A stretch of 51,777 bases of DNA, counting the filler, from Sphacelaria rigidula (lineage: Eukaryota): NCBI GenBank assembly GCA_964200075.2. It is 3 parts of 3 records of this genome, joined end to end, with 100 filler letters (N's around TTAATTAATTAA, not from the genome) between each part and the next. Parts side by side here need not be neighbours in the genome. Positions count along the whole stretch, not along the records: positions 34,587 to 51,777 come from CAXNAA020001149.1; 2 more parts are not named here. One strand, written 5' to 3'. A program made the position numbers and the translations under genes. The notes below the pieces were generated by a model, which saw nothing but the letters and a program-made list of their open reading frames with translations, was not told the origin of the DNA and ran no database searches. The first letter of the stretch is position 1; each line of letters begins with the position of its first letter. Below are positions 38,001 through 50,489 of the stretch, piece by piece.

Positions 38001-38700
38001 ACGTTTCGGGTCCGCTCATGTGTGTCACTGGCAGACCCCGTTCCTGAGATTGTTTCTCCGGCTTACATGTGTATTTGGATGTCACTACGCTCATACATAT
38101 GTGGTCTCCACAAATATCTTATTCGTCTACCGGTATGAACCGGTTGTCAGTTTGGCGCACCCAAAATGATTTTTAATCATACTTCACCATGCCTCCTACC
38201 TGACCGATCCCGTCGTTCCTCTTCCTGGTACTGGTGAAAGCTTGCGCTCTTGAGGGTCCTTCCTCAGTCAGCTTCTCGGTACACACAAGTAAGGCCTAGA
38301 CACACGCGGTGGGATTACTTAGGCACGGTAGGTGAGGTTGGGTGGCTGATGGACCGTATCCTTGAAGTCGTAATAGATTTTTTCAGTTGGTCGAGCTGTT
38401 CTTATGTGACCGCGTTCATGACCACTGCTTTGACAACTACCTTACAGTAGTGGGTGGTCTAACTACTCATTTTTTGGCATTTGTGATTTTTCGTAATTGC
38501 CGATTTTCTTGGGCTCTTTTCGCTTGCCACCGCCTATCACATCAGGGATCTGAAGGTATTTGTATCCGCTCTACATTCCCAGAAGAAAAAGTCATCTGTA
38601 CTCAATATTGAGTAACTTACGGGATGACCGGTCATCGGGGGTCCTGCCACGTTTCAGCCCAGATTCTTACTCTTCTGTACTTTCGATCGATTGAGCCCGT
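35041..38700 (-). mobile_element. Decayed, internally deleted Ty3/Gypsy retrotransposon (RT and integrase remnants; boundaries approximate)
   Basis: RT fragments FCVDYRSTLNKSLVRKSWPMP, EKEMTASITSEG..FSRFPLGL and HLTLFEDMFKALQAAGLTLKPEK abut the integrase-core remnant TTSFTPPGNAVSERVHSTLHSLLA. Many stops and frameshifts. Confidence 0.85.
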
Positions 38701-38966
38701 CCTGATCATGATTGTTAAAATATGTAAAGTTTCATTATTTTGAAATTCTGCCTGCTCATTGCACCGTCAATCACATCCTCCTGATGAACGGGGTATTTAC
38801 TCGTTTCGCCCGTTAAAACCAACATACAGTGACTTGGGCTCTGTGTTTCGAGGATGATCTCTTGTGTTGCATCATGACATTTGTACCGCATATGTAACCC
38901 TTCACTTTCCCTTTGAGGCCCTCCGGGTTGGAAAGGCTTCTACTGACCCGAAATTCAAAAGGTGCA

Positions 38967-38991
38967 CGTCCTGTCCTGTCCTGTCCTGTCC
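38967..38991. repeat. (GTCCT)n microsatellite
   Basis: Five GTCCT units. Confidence 0.9.
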
Positions 38992-39949
38992 TATCCGTCC
39001 GGAGCTCATGACGAAGCTCCGAACCACGCACTTTTTTTCTCGAATTGATTCGAAGCGGCGCTGCGCGAAAAAAACATCCCAACGATCTTCTACCATCGAT
39101 CGACACGCCCTGAACAAGTTTCAGCTCCTTTGGTGCTTATGACGTTGTGTTTTGCTTCTGTCTCTGGGTGCACTGGAGAACACACTCAATTTATCCCCTT
39201 TAGAGTAGAGCGACTCTTGGTTAAACTTGTCAGACTTGACTGTCGCAACTTCAATCGAGACACTTTTGGTGATTGGAGGCATAACACGCAGCAACCGGCT
39301 CTCGGAATCACTTTAAACACCCTCAAGAACGTTCAGCTTCATTGCTGCTTTTTTCGTCGTCTTCGTTTGTGCGTGCTGACGACGTCCGTAGCTGAGGTGA
39401 AGCTTGTTTTGAAGTACGTGATCGACGTCCACCCCCTCACACCGACCCGATCATTTTGGGAGCACCTCAACAACGAGCTATCGGCCATCGGACACGCGAT
39501 TGATTTAAACTAGCGTCGGTTTCCATGCGGACAAACGGTGAGTGTACGAGGGCGGTAGAGACGTTCAATCTTCGCTACCAACCATACTACGAGCAAACTC
39601 AAATCGGTTTGTCACGTGAAGTTTTGCCCTGGAAGCGGATAGGTCAGATAACAAGGATAGACCGACCAGAAAATCGGCCCGAGGAGGAACGGAGCGACAA
39701 GAAGGTGAGCCTGGCTGTAGTCAAATCCACATGGAAATCGCATCTACTGTTGTCATCGCTGTCTGTGGTGGTCTTTCTCCTGTCTTTCTCGTCTCGCCTC
39801 TTCTCAGTCTACTTCTGCCTCTTCTCAGACATGTTGCGTTCTTCTCTTATATTATAGGTCCGGGTTTCGTTTTATCTCTCGTTTGTTCCATCTCCGGTGT
39901 TTGGAGAACGTTAGGGTAGGTCACGTGCTGAATCGGCATCAAACTCACA

Positions 39950-40480
39950 TACAAAAAATGTGTGTGATCCAGGTGGACTACCCGCATCGCGGTGTAAAGA
40001 CTTCCTGACCCCTCATGTGCTGCCAGCATAGCTGCACACCCTCTGCTTTCCCCCCATTTTTCAATTTTTCGTCCATTTCGAACGCTGTGATTTTGATTTT
40101 GTACAGACCTGATGACAACATGTTCCATTTCCATCAGTACTGTCAATAGGCTTTGTGCGCTGTCATCCGATTTATGGTTGAAACCAATCTACACCTGTTG
40201 GGTATGGTGTGGGAAAAAAATTACGCGTCTTCACCGGGGCGAATGGCTACTGCTGTGTTTTGCTCAATCCTGTCAACCGTGTAAACTTTCAAACCGCTAC
40301 CTAACAGTTTCGTAAATCTTTTTCTTATCCGTACCCGTCAGTTTTGTGAGTTCAACAACTCTATTAGATCTGTAAGCCTCCCATAACCCCAACCCGGGTT
40401 CAACGTATACTCTTGTGCGTATATCCGATGCAGGCAGAGTACGGGTAAATGTCCGGGGAAGGTAAAAAATTTGATTCAAT
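39950..40480 (-). pseudogene. Possible highly decayed Gypsy RT N-terminal remnant
   Basis: Weak motif remnants only (AYRSNRVV resembling PYR.NP; IEQ..SSPFAPV). Confidence 0.3.
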
Positions 40481-40920
40481 CCTTACTTTTGTTCTGATAA
40501 CTCGCACGTGTTCCCCAATCTTCATCAATCAAACCCCCCTGGTATTCAAATCCATACACTCTTCAACATAATTTTTTCATGTTTGGTATACATGACGGGT
40601 TACGGAGTACAGCTGAGGGGGAAAGCCGAACATGGAAAGCAACGCAGACCGTCGGGGTGGACCATTTGTAGACACGATTGATGAATCGAGTGGGGGCCCT
40701 TCATTTGCGCCACCGTCGCCATCAACTAGCGGGGTGCAGGTCATCGAATTATGGTGTCCAACCATATCTTATATAGGGACCGGTTTGTTGCATACACGAG
40801 GATCTTTACGGACGTGATCCCGATCCAACAGTTCGGTGACTTCTGTAAGATTTTTATACTGGTACCCGCAAGTTCTGTAGCTTCTGTGAGACTTTCATTG
40901 GCCTACCCGATATTTTTTTG

Positions 40921-41075
40921 CCCTACTCGATAGCTCTATGACTTCAGTAACACTATACCCGCACTCAACAGATCTTTGACTTTAGTAACGCTGTGCTCAT
41001 CCCACTCGATAGTTCTCTGACTTATGGAAGACTCTCCTACCGGTCCACGATAGTTCCGTGCTGTTGTGACCCCTC
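40921..41075. repeat. Imperfect tandem repeat of about 40 bp, about 4 copies
   Basis: Recurrent ACTCGATAG(C/T)TCT.TGACTT. Confidence 0.6.
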
Positions 41076-42461
41076 AATCCCCTTACCCTACAGTTCTGTA
41101 CTTTTGTACACGAGGTTTATCCCTATACCCTTGTACAAATATCCGCGTGCGTGTTCAATTTTCTAGCTAACCTTCTTTCATCGCCCGACAACTTTTGGAT
41201 TCTCTGTAAGCCTTCTATACCTACCCGATGGCTACGATGTACGTGTGGAATGGGCAGGTTTCGACGAAGACGAAAGTTCATGGGAGCCGTTCGTTGGATG
41301 TCATTTGGAGAGGAGCGCCGCAGTTTGTACGATCTGAACTGCGGAAGTTGAAATTAAATTAGCCGGTACGGGAGCGTCTGAAGGCCAAGTATGGTGTCAA
41401 TCTGTGACTGGTTGTCTGGGTACTTCGTGGATGGATTATATCATGCAATTGGTGTTCGTCGACTATGCCTCTTGGTTTTCGTTTGAATGATTGTTCTTTG
41501 TTGACATCCTAGATTTATTGTCGGTGTCTACTGATGATCAAGCTCGTTTTTTACCTTTGACTAGAACGCAGCTCGGGGGTGCTGTCAAGGAAGTACAGTA
41601 GCACCTCTAGCATGAGGAGTACGGTAGCATATGGATATCAGTTTGGATATCGTGACGATGGGTTGAAGGATGATTATCACATGCGAAGCATATTTTGTTA
41701 GCGAGGGGAGCACAGAAGGGTCACTTCTGGTTAGCTAAGAAATACTGTTCGTATAACTGCTTGAGTTTTGAAGTCTCTGGAGCCCGTGACAGGGAGGAAG
41801 CCTCTGGAGCAACACTGTGACCTTGTTCTGATTTCAGACAAGCCTACGAAACAAAGCCGCTAAATAGTCACAGACGCTGCCGGGAGCTGACATGGATGAT
41901 GTCGGATGTGACCAAGTCCGTCACGTACCAAGTGTAGACATCTGGTACTGGAACGCATCACGGTAGAAAGAAGGTAGGCAAGGGACAGAGTACAGGAACG
42001 AAGAGACGTGAATAAGCGTGCAGGCTGGAGATTGCACTGAGGCATGTTGAACGCAAAAAAATAGTCTGCCAACGATGAAAGCAGGCGTTGAAGGTGGGAG
42101 AGGGCAGGATGAAAATGGGATTTACATGGTGGAGAGGCAGTTGAACGGGGAAAATGCGTGTGTAGTTGTGCTACTTACCGTAAACTGTGGTTCAGTTTCC
42201 GGCTCCACTCCTGGTGGCCGTGGGGCGGGTACCCTGTCGGGTAGGAAAAGGTTTCTTCTTTTCGGGTTGAGGGTTGGTTTTGATTGATAGCGTCACGGGG
42301 TCCCCCCTCGGGAGGGCAGGGGAAATACGCATTTACCCGCTGTACTTTCCGAGGTGTGGACTTCTCGTTTCTCGAGGCGAACGCCTCTTTTTCCTGCAAC
42401 AAGGGCCGTTAAAAATCCGACAGAAGCTCGGCACGGGTGTCGTAGAATCAGTCATGACACC

Positions 42462-42775
42462 TTATGAATTCTGGGTAATGATCCCCCGCCGACAGGTCAA
42501 ACAGGGTTTTTCGGTAGGGTTGGTTCTGCATTCGTAGCAAGCGTGAAAACTGTTCTCGTCCGCCTTGACGAGGGTCTTTGCGTAGGCGCGGCCGTCGGCG
42601 TGGGCGTATACCCTGTCTTTACCGCCGTTGGGGTCGGCCATGCGGTGGATTGGAGTGCTGACCCCGATGCCCACGCCACATACAAGGCAGAGGAAGGGGA
42701 CCTGTTTCCTGGCGCCCTTCGGGGACTGGCTTTGTCTCCTGGGATACAGAAACGTGGGTAGTGCAAACGGCGCAC
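42462..42775 (-). pseudogene. Cys-rich exon-like segment (possible zinc-finger remnant)
   Basis: A long polypyrimidine tract and cag acceptor precede a 104-codon frame containing CLVC, YAH, CYEC and CLTC. No partner exons found. Confidence 0.3.
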
Positions 42776-44478
42776 CTGTCGATGTCGAACGAATCGGGAG
42801 AAGGACGAAGAGACGGTTGCGAAAAGTTTAGCGAGGGAAGAACGGAAGAAAACATAGTTGTACTGGAGCGAATGCGTGATGAACGGGTGTTGAAAGCAAC
42901 GATGTCAATTAGGTGAAAAAGGAAGGAAGCAGGATGATAGGTTGCTTTCGGTAATCAGGTTTCTCCTCGATGAACTCAATGTGAGAAAACCCCCCGCCTG
43001 TTAGTAACTGTCGCATCATAAACAAGCAAGTATAGCATGTATGAGTGTGTTGTATTGCGTTAACACAAAGAAGTTGGGAGGTCCTCTTCTAGCGTCCCGC
43101 CCCTCATGTGTGTTGAATCGTGGGCTGAAAATGGATGATGTCAATTCCTGTGGGAAAGTACGCGAAACATATGCACTGAACGGGCCGGGAACTGGACCAG
43201 TTAATACGGTATATCTTCATTGTTACTGGAGTTAAACTGGAAATGGCTACGATAGCATCAGTTGTCCACTTCATCTGGAGTTGTTGTGCCGGTTGTCCTT
43301 ACCGAGTATTTTTATATTAGTTTATTTATGGGGAGTTTATGGCAAAGAAACACTATATAGTAAGACTGCGATTGAAGTCTGCAGTCTACAACAGTACAGG
43401 TACCACAAACTTCGTTGGTACCTAATTGTTCTGCAGTCTTATCATCGACGACAGCGGGCCGGTCGACGGTTGGTCAGTCGAATGAGGAACGAAGAAATCA
43501 AGAAGTGTAACTTAATTACGGTGGGACACTTGATACGGAAGTGTCGAAGGTCAAACCCCAATTGCCAATTGTATGAAGAGCGTTCTGAACATGAAATAGG
43601 ACATACCCACTACACTTGGAAGGGATGTATATAGAGCCCCCCTGGACTCAGAACAAGGTCACAAGACTGCTCCAAGGGCTTCCTCCCTCACCAGGGTCTG
43701 GAGACTTCAAGGCAGTTGTTATCCATAAACACACAGCCCTCGTGATCGGAAGTAACAACATGCGTGAAGCATGTGATGTTCAAATCCACATAGTCTGCCG
43801 ATCAGACCCGCAAGTCCGTCAACCAATAGAAAACGCCTACAGCAGATTGTTCCACTTGTAGATCATCATGAACCTGCACGTACGTGTACTGGAGGTGGAT
43901 TACTCTACAAGTCATACGTCTCACCGAGGAGATAGTTCCTTCCGCCATCACCATAATTCAACTGCCGACATCAGCGCACCGGGCCGCCTCGAGACAACTC
44001 GAACCCTGACGCCAGAAACCTTTAACACATTTATGACAGATCGTACAGATCCATGACGCGCCGACGCCAGCGTTTTAGAGTCTTCGGCACCGCCAACAGC
44101 ACACACGAAGACAGCTACAACAAACTTCGCGGAACAAGTGACGAAACTTTCTCACTTAGCTTCCCCGCCATTTGGTACGAATTCCAAAGACGGCCATTCA
44201 TATCGACCCGCGTCTTTATCCCTACATACGCAGCGTAACCGTTGCGTTGACCCACCACTCAGCTCTACTCTTGGATCTGGATTTGGCCCTCCAGAACTGG
44301 GTGTAAATATGAGGTATGGGAATACCAACCGCTCGTCCCTGAGGCAAAGGCTTCCCTCAGCGACCGCACGCACAAGCGGTAGTGGACTTCCTTCGACTGA
44401 TTCAAGTCTGGTTTGCCCAAATTTGACCACTTCGCGTCACTTGACACCCACCCAGTTTGATTGAGCTCGTTCCCTCGC

Positions 44479-44727
44479 GACACTTTCTACAATAGCCCCC
44501 CCCGAAAAAGTGACTGGTTTGGGGAAGCAAAGTCTTCACGTAAATCGAAATGGGAAAAGCTGAGCACAACGAGCAGCTGGGAATCCCTACGCTTGGGTCC
44601 GTTCTCGCCAATGTCGCCCATATGAGGTGCTTCATGCAGCCTGAATCCAAACATCAGGCGCTGTATGACCATTTTCTTCGTGATCCTTTTGGGCTGGTTT
44701 GGGGGGGGGGCTATCGTGGAATGTGTC
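44479..44727. mobile_element. MITE family A, copy 1 (249 bp)
   Basis: TIRs GACACTTTCTACAATAGCCCCCC / GGGGGGCTATCGTGGAATGTGTC. Flanks TCGC/TCGT (4-bp TSD with one mismatch). Homologous to 47372-47614. Confidence 0.85.
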
Positions 44728-46729
44728 TCGTGTTCCTTGCACCCCGTGATCCTACCCATAAATGGTTCTCACGAAAACCACTCCAATATACATTTGGCCA
44801 TGACTTCTCAACCAAGCTTGCCAGCGAACAGTCCACAAGCTTCAGCAGAAGAGCATGCCCCGATGCTGACCCCATCCGCCCAACTGGACGCAGCTGTGGT
44901 TTCCCAAGACACTCTGGAAGTTCCCCGCCCTTTGTCACAATAAGAGAGGGAGCCTCTCTCGAGCGGGAAACCTCGACCCCATCCTCTCCATAATGCGACG
45001 ACTTTGATCTCGACGGAATTACCAGGCATCCCCGAAAAACCCAAATCGAATATTTCCGACGTTACTGCCTCTTCAATTGAAGACCCTGGCACCACACAGC
45101 ACGAATCTCCCTTGAATACTGATCCTTGCCTTCCCAAGACTGTCATCTACGAAATTGGTCATGATGACTACTCAAGCCGTGCTATACCTCCTGGTGACAC
45201 ATCTGACGCCCCGGCGGATCACCCGCTGTCTGTTTTCGCCGTCATCCCTTCCGACCCCGACCAATTCAGCTTGGCTGAAGATGGCCCCGACCTTTTAGGT
45301 GGTAACGTGTCTGTCGATCCGGTCACTTTCACTACCCGCGTAGCGTTACACTGCGGTCCTTACGCTACCGCGCCTGACAAGTGTGTGTCCTTGTTGGATA
45401 GTGGCAGTCTACAAACATTAATACGGGATTCAATGTGACAACAAGTGAAACAGCATGGTTTGGACGTTTGAGAAATCCCCACCCCCAGCCTCGTGTATGG
45501 GGCGGCTTTGGTGACTCCAACACACCTTTGACAACACAAAAATCGGTACGTCTCAGTGTGCAGTTTTTCCGCAACAACACACGTTCTGCCAGTCTCGAGG
45601 TCTGGGCATATATTGTCCCCGACAGCACCATGAATCACGCCTTCCTACTGGGCAGAGATAGTTACATGCGGTTTAATCAACGCACCTACCGCACGTTACC
45701 ACCATCATCATCACAATCAGCGCCTCGTGGAAAACGCAACCCCGAACACTTTGGTACACTTCACGGCGCGTTGACCTTCCAAAGAAATGATCAAGCTACC
45801 GGAGCTACTTACTACCTATATACGAAGGTGGTGCTGGTGTTACCCTCTCCGATGATCCTCAACTTTGAGAGGTTGCACTTGTTGGTCGCAATGGCATGCC
45901 TGCCCTGATAGGACACTATCTTGCGGGAGTGCTACATAAGGTTGGCGTGCCTGCTGGCACCGAGCATTTTATCTCTGCAGGAAAACAACTCCTGCCCCTC
46001 ACGGGCCACGCTAATCTTGAACCTGGTGATGTCCTGGGCATTGCCACGGCTCCCCTCATGCACTTTCCGCTCAAAATTTGTGCAGCTGACCCACCGGCAC
46101 CCGACCCCGCGCCCCAAGTAGACAAGTCTGTACACTGCATCGATGAGCCTTATTTCAACCTCACCTCTTCATCCCCGCCACAAGTCCACACGGTGGACCA
46201 TGTTCGGCCACCTTCCGACCCTCCTGATGAAGTACTTCAACGTCTATCATGAGAATCGCGGAAGAGTTTCATGCAAGTGTGGCACCAACTGCCACCTCAT
46301 TTGCGTGACATTAATCTTGACTGGCATGGACACGGCGGGGAACCCGCGGTAATCAACGAATTGCAAGACGTCTTACTGGAGTTCCAAGAACGCCTTTCTC
46401 GACCCAAGACGGATTTAGGGCCTTGTAAAACACTGTCTTTCGAGATCAAGCTACAACTTGGCGTTACGCCAATTTCTTCACGACCGTATCGAACGAACCC
46501 GCTCCTCACGAAAAAAGCTAAGGCTGTTGCAGATGCATACTTGGGGGCCGGTTTGATCCAACACTCATCCTTCCCATGGGCCTCACCCCTTGTGGCTGTC
46601 CCCAAGAACGATGGAAACATACGCATCACCGTGAATTACAAACGATTCAACCACGCCACTGTTGTGGGAAAACTTTTAATCCCTCGCACCGATGAAGTCT
46701 TTGACTCCCTGGGTGAAGGAAAAGTATTC

Positions 46730-46983
46730 GATTCATCCTACGATAGGGGGAGGGGGTATTTTGGGCCATTTCTTGCTCCAAGTTCCAAGTCAATTCGTCC
46801 TTGAAACGAGCAAAGGTTGCTCGAATGAGCTTGTTGTAGATATTTAACGCTCGTTAATACCGATTGACACCGTTTTGAACTAAACAAAAAGCGCACTGCG
46901 AGTGTGGCGGGTCGTCTGACACACTTTTGAGCCTCTTTCTTCGTGCAATCAAATCCCCCTCCCTCCCTATCGTAGGATGAATC
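46730..46983. mobile_element. MITE family B, copy 1 (254 bp) inserted in Gypsy RT
   Basis: Perfect 19-bp TIR GATTCATCCTACGATAGGG and TSD ATTC. Removal restores GKVF-STFDLASGF. Confidence 0.93.
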
Positions 46984-47371
46984 ATTCAGCACCTTCGACC
47001 TCGCTTCTGGATTTTTCCAGAAAGTCATCCACCCTGACACAGTTCCATTAACTTCGTTCTGTATATCTTCCGGGCTCTACGAATGGCTCCGTATGCCACA
47101 AGGTGCCGCCACTGCACCAGGCTGTTTCCAACGACTTACTGACGGCCTCGAACACATCAGCATGTACTTAGACGACGCAATCGTTTTCGATACCTCTCCT
47201 AAGGCACATGCTCACACTTGACTGAAATTCCTTCCTCGCTTGCGTACGCATGATCTGAAACTGCCTTCAGTCAAAGCTCGCCTCAGGGCGACTGTATTGA
47301 ATATCCTCGGACATTCCATCTCCCCAGCGGGCCTATACCCAGACACTAATGAAGTAAGGGTAATGACTGAC

Positions 47372-47614
47372 GACACTTTCTACAATAGCCCCCCCGAAAA
47401 AGTGCCTGATTTCGGGAGGCAAAATCTGCACGTAAATCGAAACGGGAACAGCCGAGCACAACGAGCAGCTGGGAATCATGGGTTCGTTCTCGCCAATGTC
47501 GCCCATATGAGGCGCTTCATGCAGCCTGAACCCAAACATCAGGCGCTGTATTTCCATTTTCTTCGTGATACTTTTTGGCTGTTTTTTTTTGGGGGGGCTA
47601 TCATAGAATATGCC
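47372..47614. mobile_element. MITE family A, copy 2 (243 bp) inserted at the Gypsy RT/connection region
   Basis: Imperfect TIRs and TSD TGAC. Removal restores VRVMTD-VPTPTDISQLRS. Confidence 0.9.
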
Positions 47615-50091
47615 TGACGTGCCCACACCTACCGACATTTCTCAACTTCGCTCATTGCTGGATGGACTCTCCGACTATCGCACATTTTTCTCCAAGCTAT
47701 CCAAACGGATTTGTCCCATTACTGACTTACTGAAGAAAGGCGTCGCGTTTGTCTTCACCGAACACATGGAAACTATCGTTCGCGATTACACTTACCGAAA
47801 ACCGGTTCTCTGTTTTCCAGACTGGGATGCAATGCAAGATGACTCTCGCCTCTTCCTACTGCACACCGACGCCAGCACCGACGGATTCGGCCGGGTTTTG
47901 AATCAACCTCAACCTGATGGCTCCGTCTGACCTATCCTGTATGTCAGCCCTGCCACCCAACCAAATGAGGCAAACTGGAGTCCGCTCAAGCTGGAAGGCG
48001 AAGTCATTACTAGGGCTACAAGCGCCTTCGATAATATCTGTTTCACGTGCCTTTTCGCAATAATACGGATCACGGCGCCCTCGAAAAAACTCGTGAAGGT
48101 TGGCGAACATAATCCACGTGTACAGCGTTGGTTGGAGTTTTTGGCCGCTTACCAATGTGCTGTTAAGAATTGCGCAGGCAAAACCAACGGGAATGCTGAC
48201 CTTCTTTCCCGCTTGCTCCTGCCACCAACGGCGATCGACTTCAGTCCAGCCTGCCGACTAACGGAACCAGATGAACCAGACATCTACCCCATACGGCGTT
48301 TTTTGACGTCTATTTACGCCCTTGATCTACACTGCCCAGAAACGGGTACACACATGGGAGGTTCTCGCCCCCTAGCGCATGATGCAGTCTTGAGTGGGCT
48401 AACGCCCACAATCGCCGATTTCGCCGATTTCCGCACTTTCGGCCCTCGCGCGCTTATTTCTACGCCGCCACCCTCGGCTGTCCATCTCGTTTGCGACAAT
48501 AGGCGCTCTCGGTCTGCCGCCAGCGCCAACTCTTCACGTGCTCCGGCGCCACCAACCATGCCTACTACTTTACGAGCCGCACCGCGCCGGCTTCCAGCGC
48601 TCGCGCGCCCCGCGCCTCGTCAACACCCGCCACGCGCACGCAACGCGCGTCGATCACACACCCCGGTGCGTAATATTTCAACAGCGCTTTCCGCGGCACC
48701 AACCATGCCCGCACTGCCTGCTACTGGCGAGACCGCCTTAGATCCTGATCCCGGTGTGGGTATTGACATCGGCACCTCCGCCCCATCGTCGATTCCGCCA
48801 CTCCCTGAGCCCCCATGCCTGGTTGGCTCTCCTCCAGCGGAAGATCAACTGCGCGAGGTCCTCGCCAGCTACTCTCATCGTGGTTGGGCTCGTGAACAAC
48901 AAGCAGAACCATCATGCCGCGCATCAATGCGGTACGTAACAGTTTGGCTGCCCTGTTCCTATCCCGGACGATAGTACGGCGCCGGTTGGTACACTGCCAC
49001 CGCCAAAAGCCTCCGAAGTGTATGAGCTCGCCCGTAAGGACACCGTTTTCACCACTGATGACGATATTCCATTGTTTGTCCGCCAACCTACGCCCCAGTC
49101 GGGTACACCTTCAGCCGCGACCACTGGACGCCATGCACGCCTACTCAATGACAAACCCACCCGCATATGTGTTCCATTTCTGATGCCACCATGTATCCTG
49201 AAAGGCTGCGACTCTGGCTTGTCTTGTCACCTGGGTATCACGCGCACATTAGCGTTACTTGAACGCTTCTACTGGTGCATCGGTATGGAAGCGTCCATCC
49301 GTTTTTGGATTCAGAGATGCTTCAAGTGCCAAACCCGCACAACCTCACGACAGACATTACATTGGCCCGTCATTTCTATGAGACTTACCAACGCCCCAGG
49401 TTACCTCGTGTCGTTAGACTATTTCGGTGCCATACCGACTACGGATCGTGGCAACACCTTATTTTTACTTTTCACTGACCGTTTCAAACGCCATGCGTTC
49501 ATGTACGCTGTCACTGGTTGAGCTTTACGGCCGCAGGCCCAGCTGACATTTTGGTACATGACTATATTACGCACTACGTTTGCCCGTAACGGCTCCCCTC
49601 CGACAATGGTCCACAATTCTGCTCCGACCTCTCGGATGCACTTCACACGCTCCTGGGCATTCGCGAGATTGCAACGAGCGCTCACCACCACAAATGAAAT
49701 GGTGGAACTGAACGCGTTAACCACACTACGGCACAGATGATATGGTTGTCGACGACCGTCAAAACGATCGGGATCTCCATATTTCGCATGTCATGCTGTC
49801 TTACAAGAACTCGGTCAACGCCGCTACTGGTCTCTCTCCGAATGAATTACATCTTGGGGGCTACTCTCGTTTGCCCCTCACTGTGTTCAAGAGACACACC
49901 TTCGATGGCCACCAAGGCCTGAATTTGGATCAAATGTCCTATCATAACATTACGCGTGCGCGACAGCACGAAGCCTTCACCATCGTACGTGAACAACACC
50001 CTATAGAAGCCTCGCGCCTTGGCAGACCCAATACCGCTCTCTACAACTTGATGAACAAACGCCCCACCTGGAAGATTGGCGATTGGGTCTG

Positions 50092-50489
50092 GAGTCATCC
50101 TACGATAGGGGGGCGTACTCATTTGTTGCTTGTCTTAGCCGCTGAGCCATTGACCACGCATCCCTTTCGAGACGCGATGCGTGGTCAATGGTGAAACGAC
50201 TAAGGCAAGCAACAAATGAGTACGCCCCCCTATTGCAGGATGACTCCAGACCCAGGGGGGGGGGGACATTGTGGACAACTTCTTGCACGAAATTCGAAGT
50301 CAAATCTTTGTTGAAAGCAGCAACGGTTGTTCGAACGAGCTTGTTATAGATAAATAACGCTCGTTCAAACTGCTTGACACCGGTTGGAACCAAATAGAGG
50401 CACAATACGAGTGTGGCCGGTCGTCTGACACATCTATGAGCCTTTTTTTCGTGCAATCAAATACCCCCTCCCCTATCGTAGGACGACTC
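50092..50489. mobile_element. MITE family B, copy 2, inserted in Gypsy integrase C-terminus and carrying a nested fold-back insert
   Basis: TIR GAGTC(A/G)TCCTACGATAGGGG and TSD TCTG. Removal restores WKIGDWV-WVY. Body 50255-50489 is homologous to 46746-46983. Confidence 0.9.

Noticed and set aside
39392-39540. Exon-like segment EVKLVLKYVIDVHPLTPTRSFWEHL (Myb/SANT-like?)
   Set aside because: In-frame stop before the donor, no partner exons, and similarity too weak to call.
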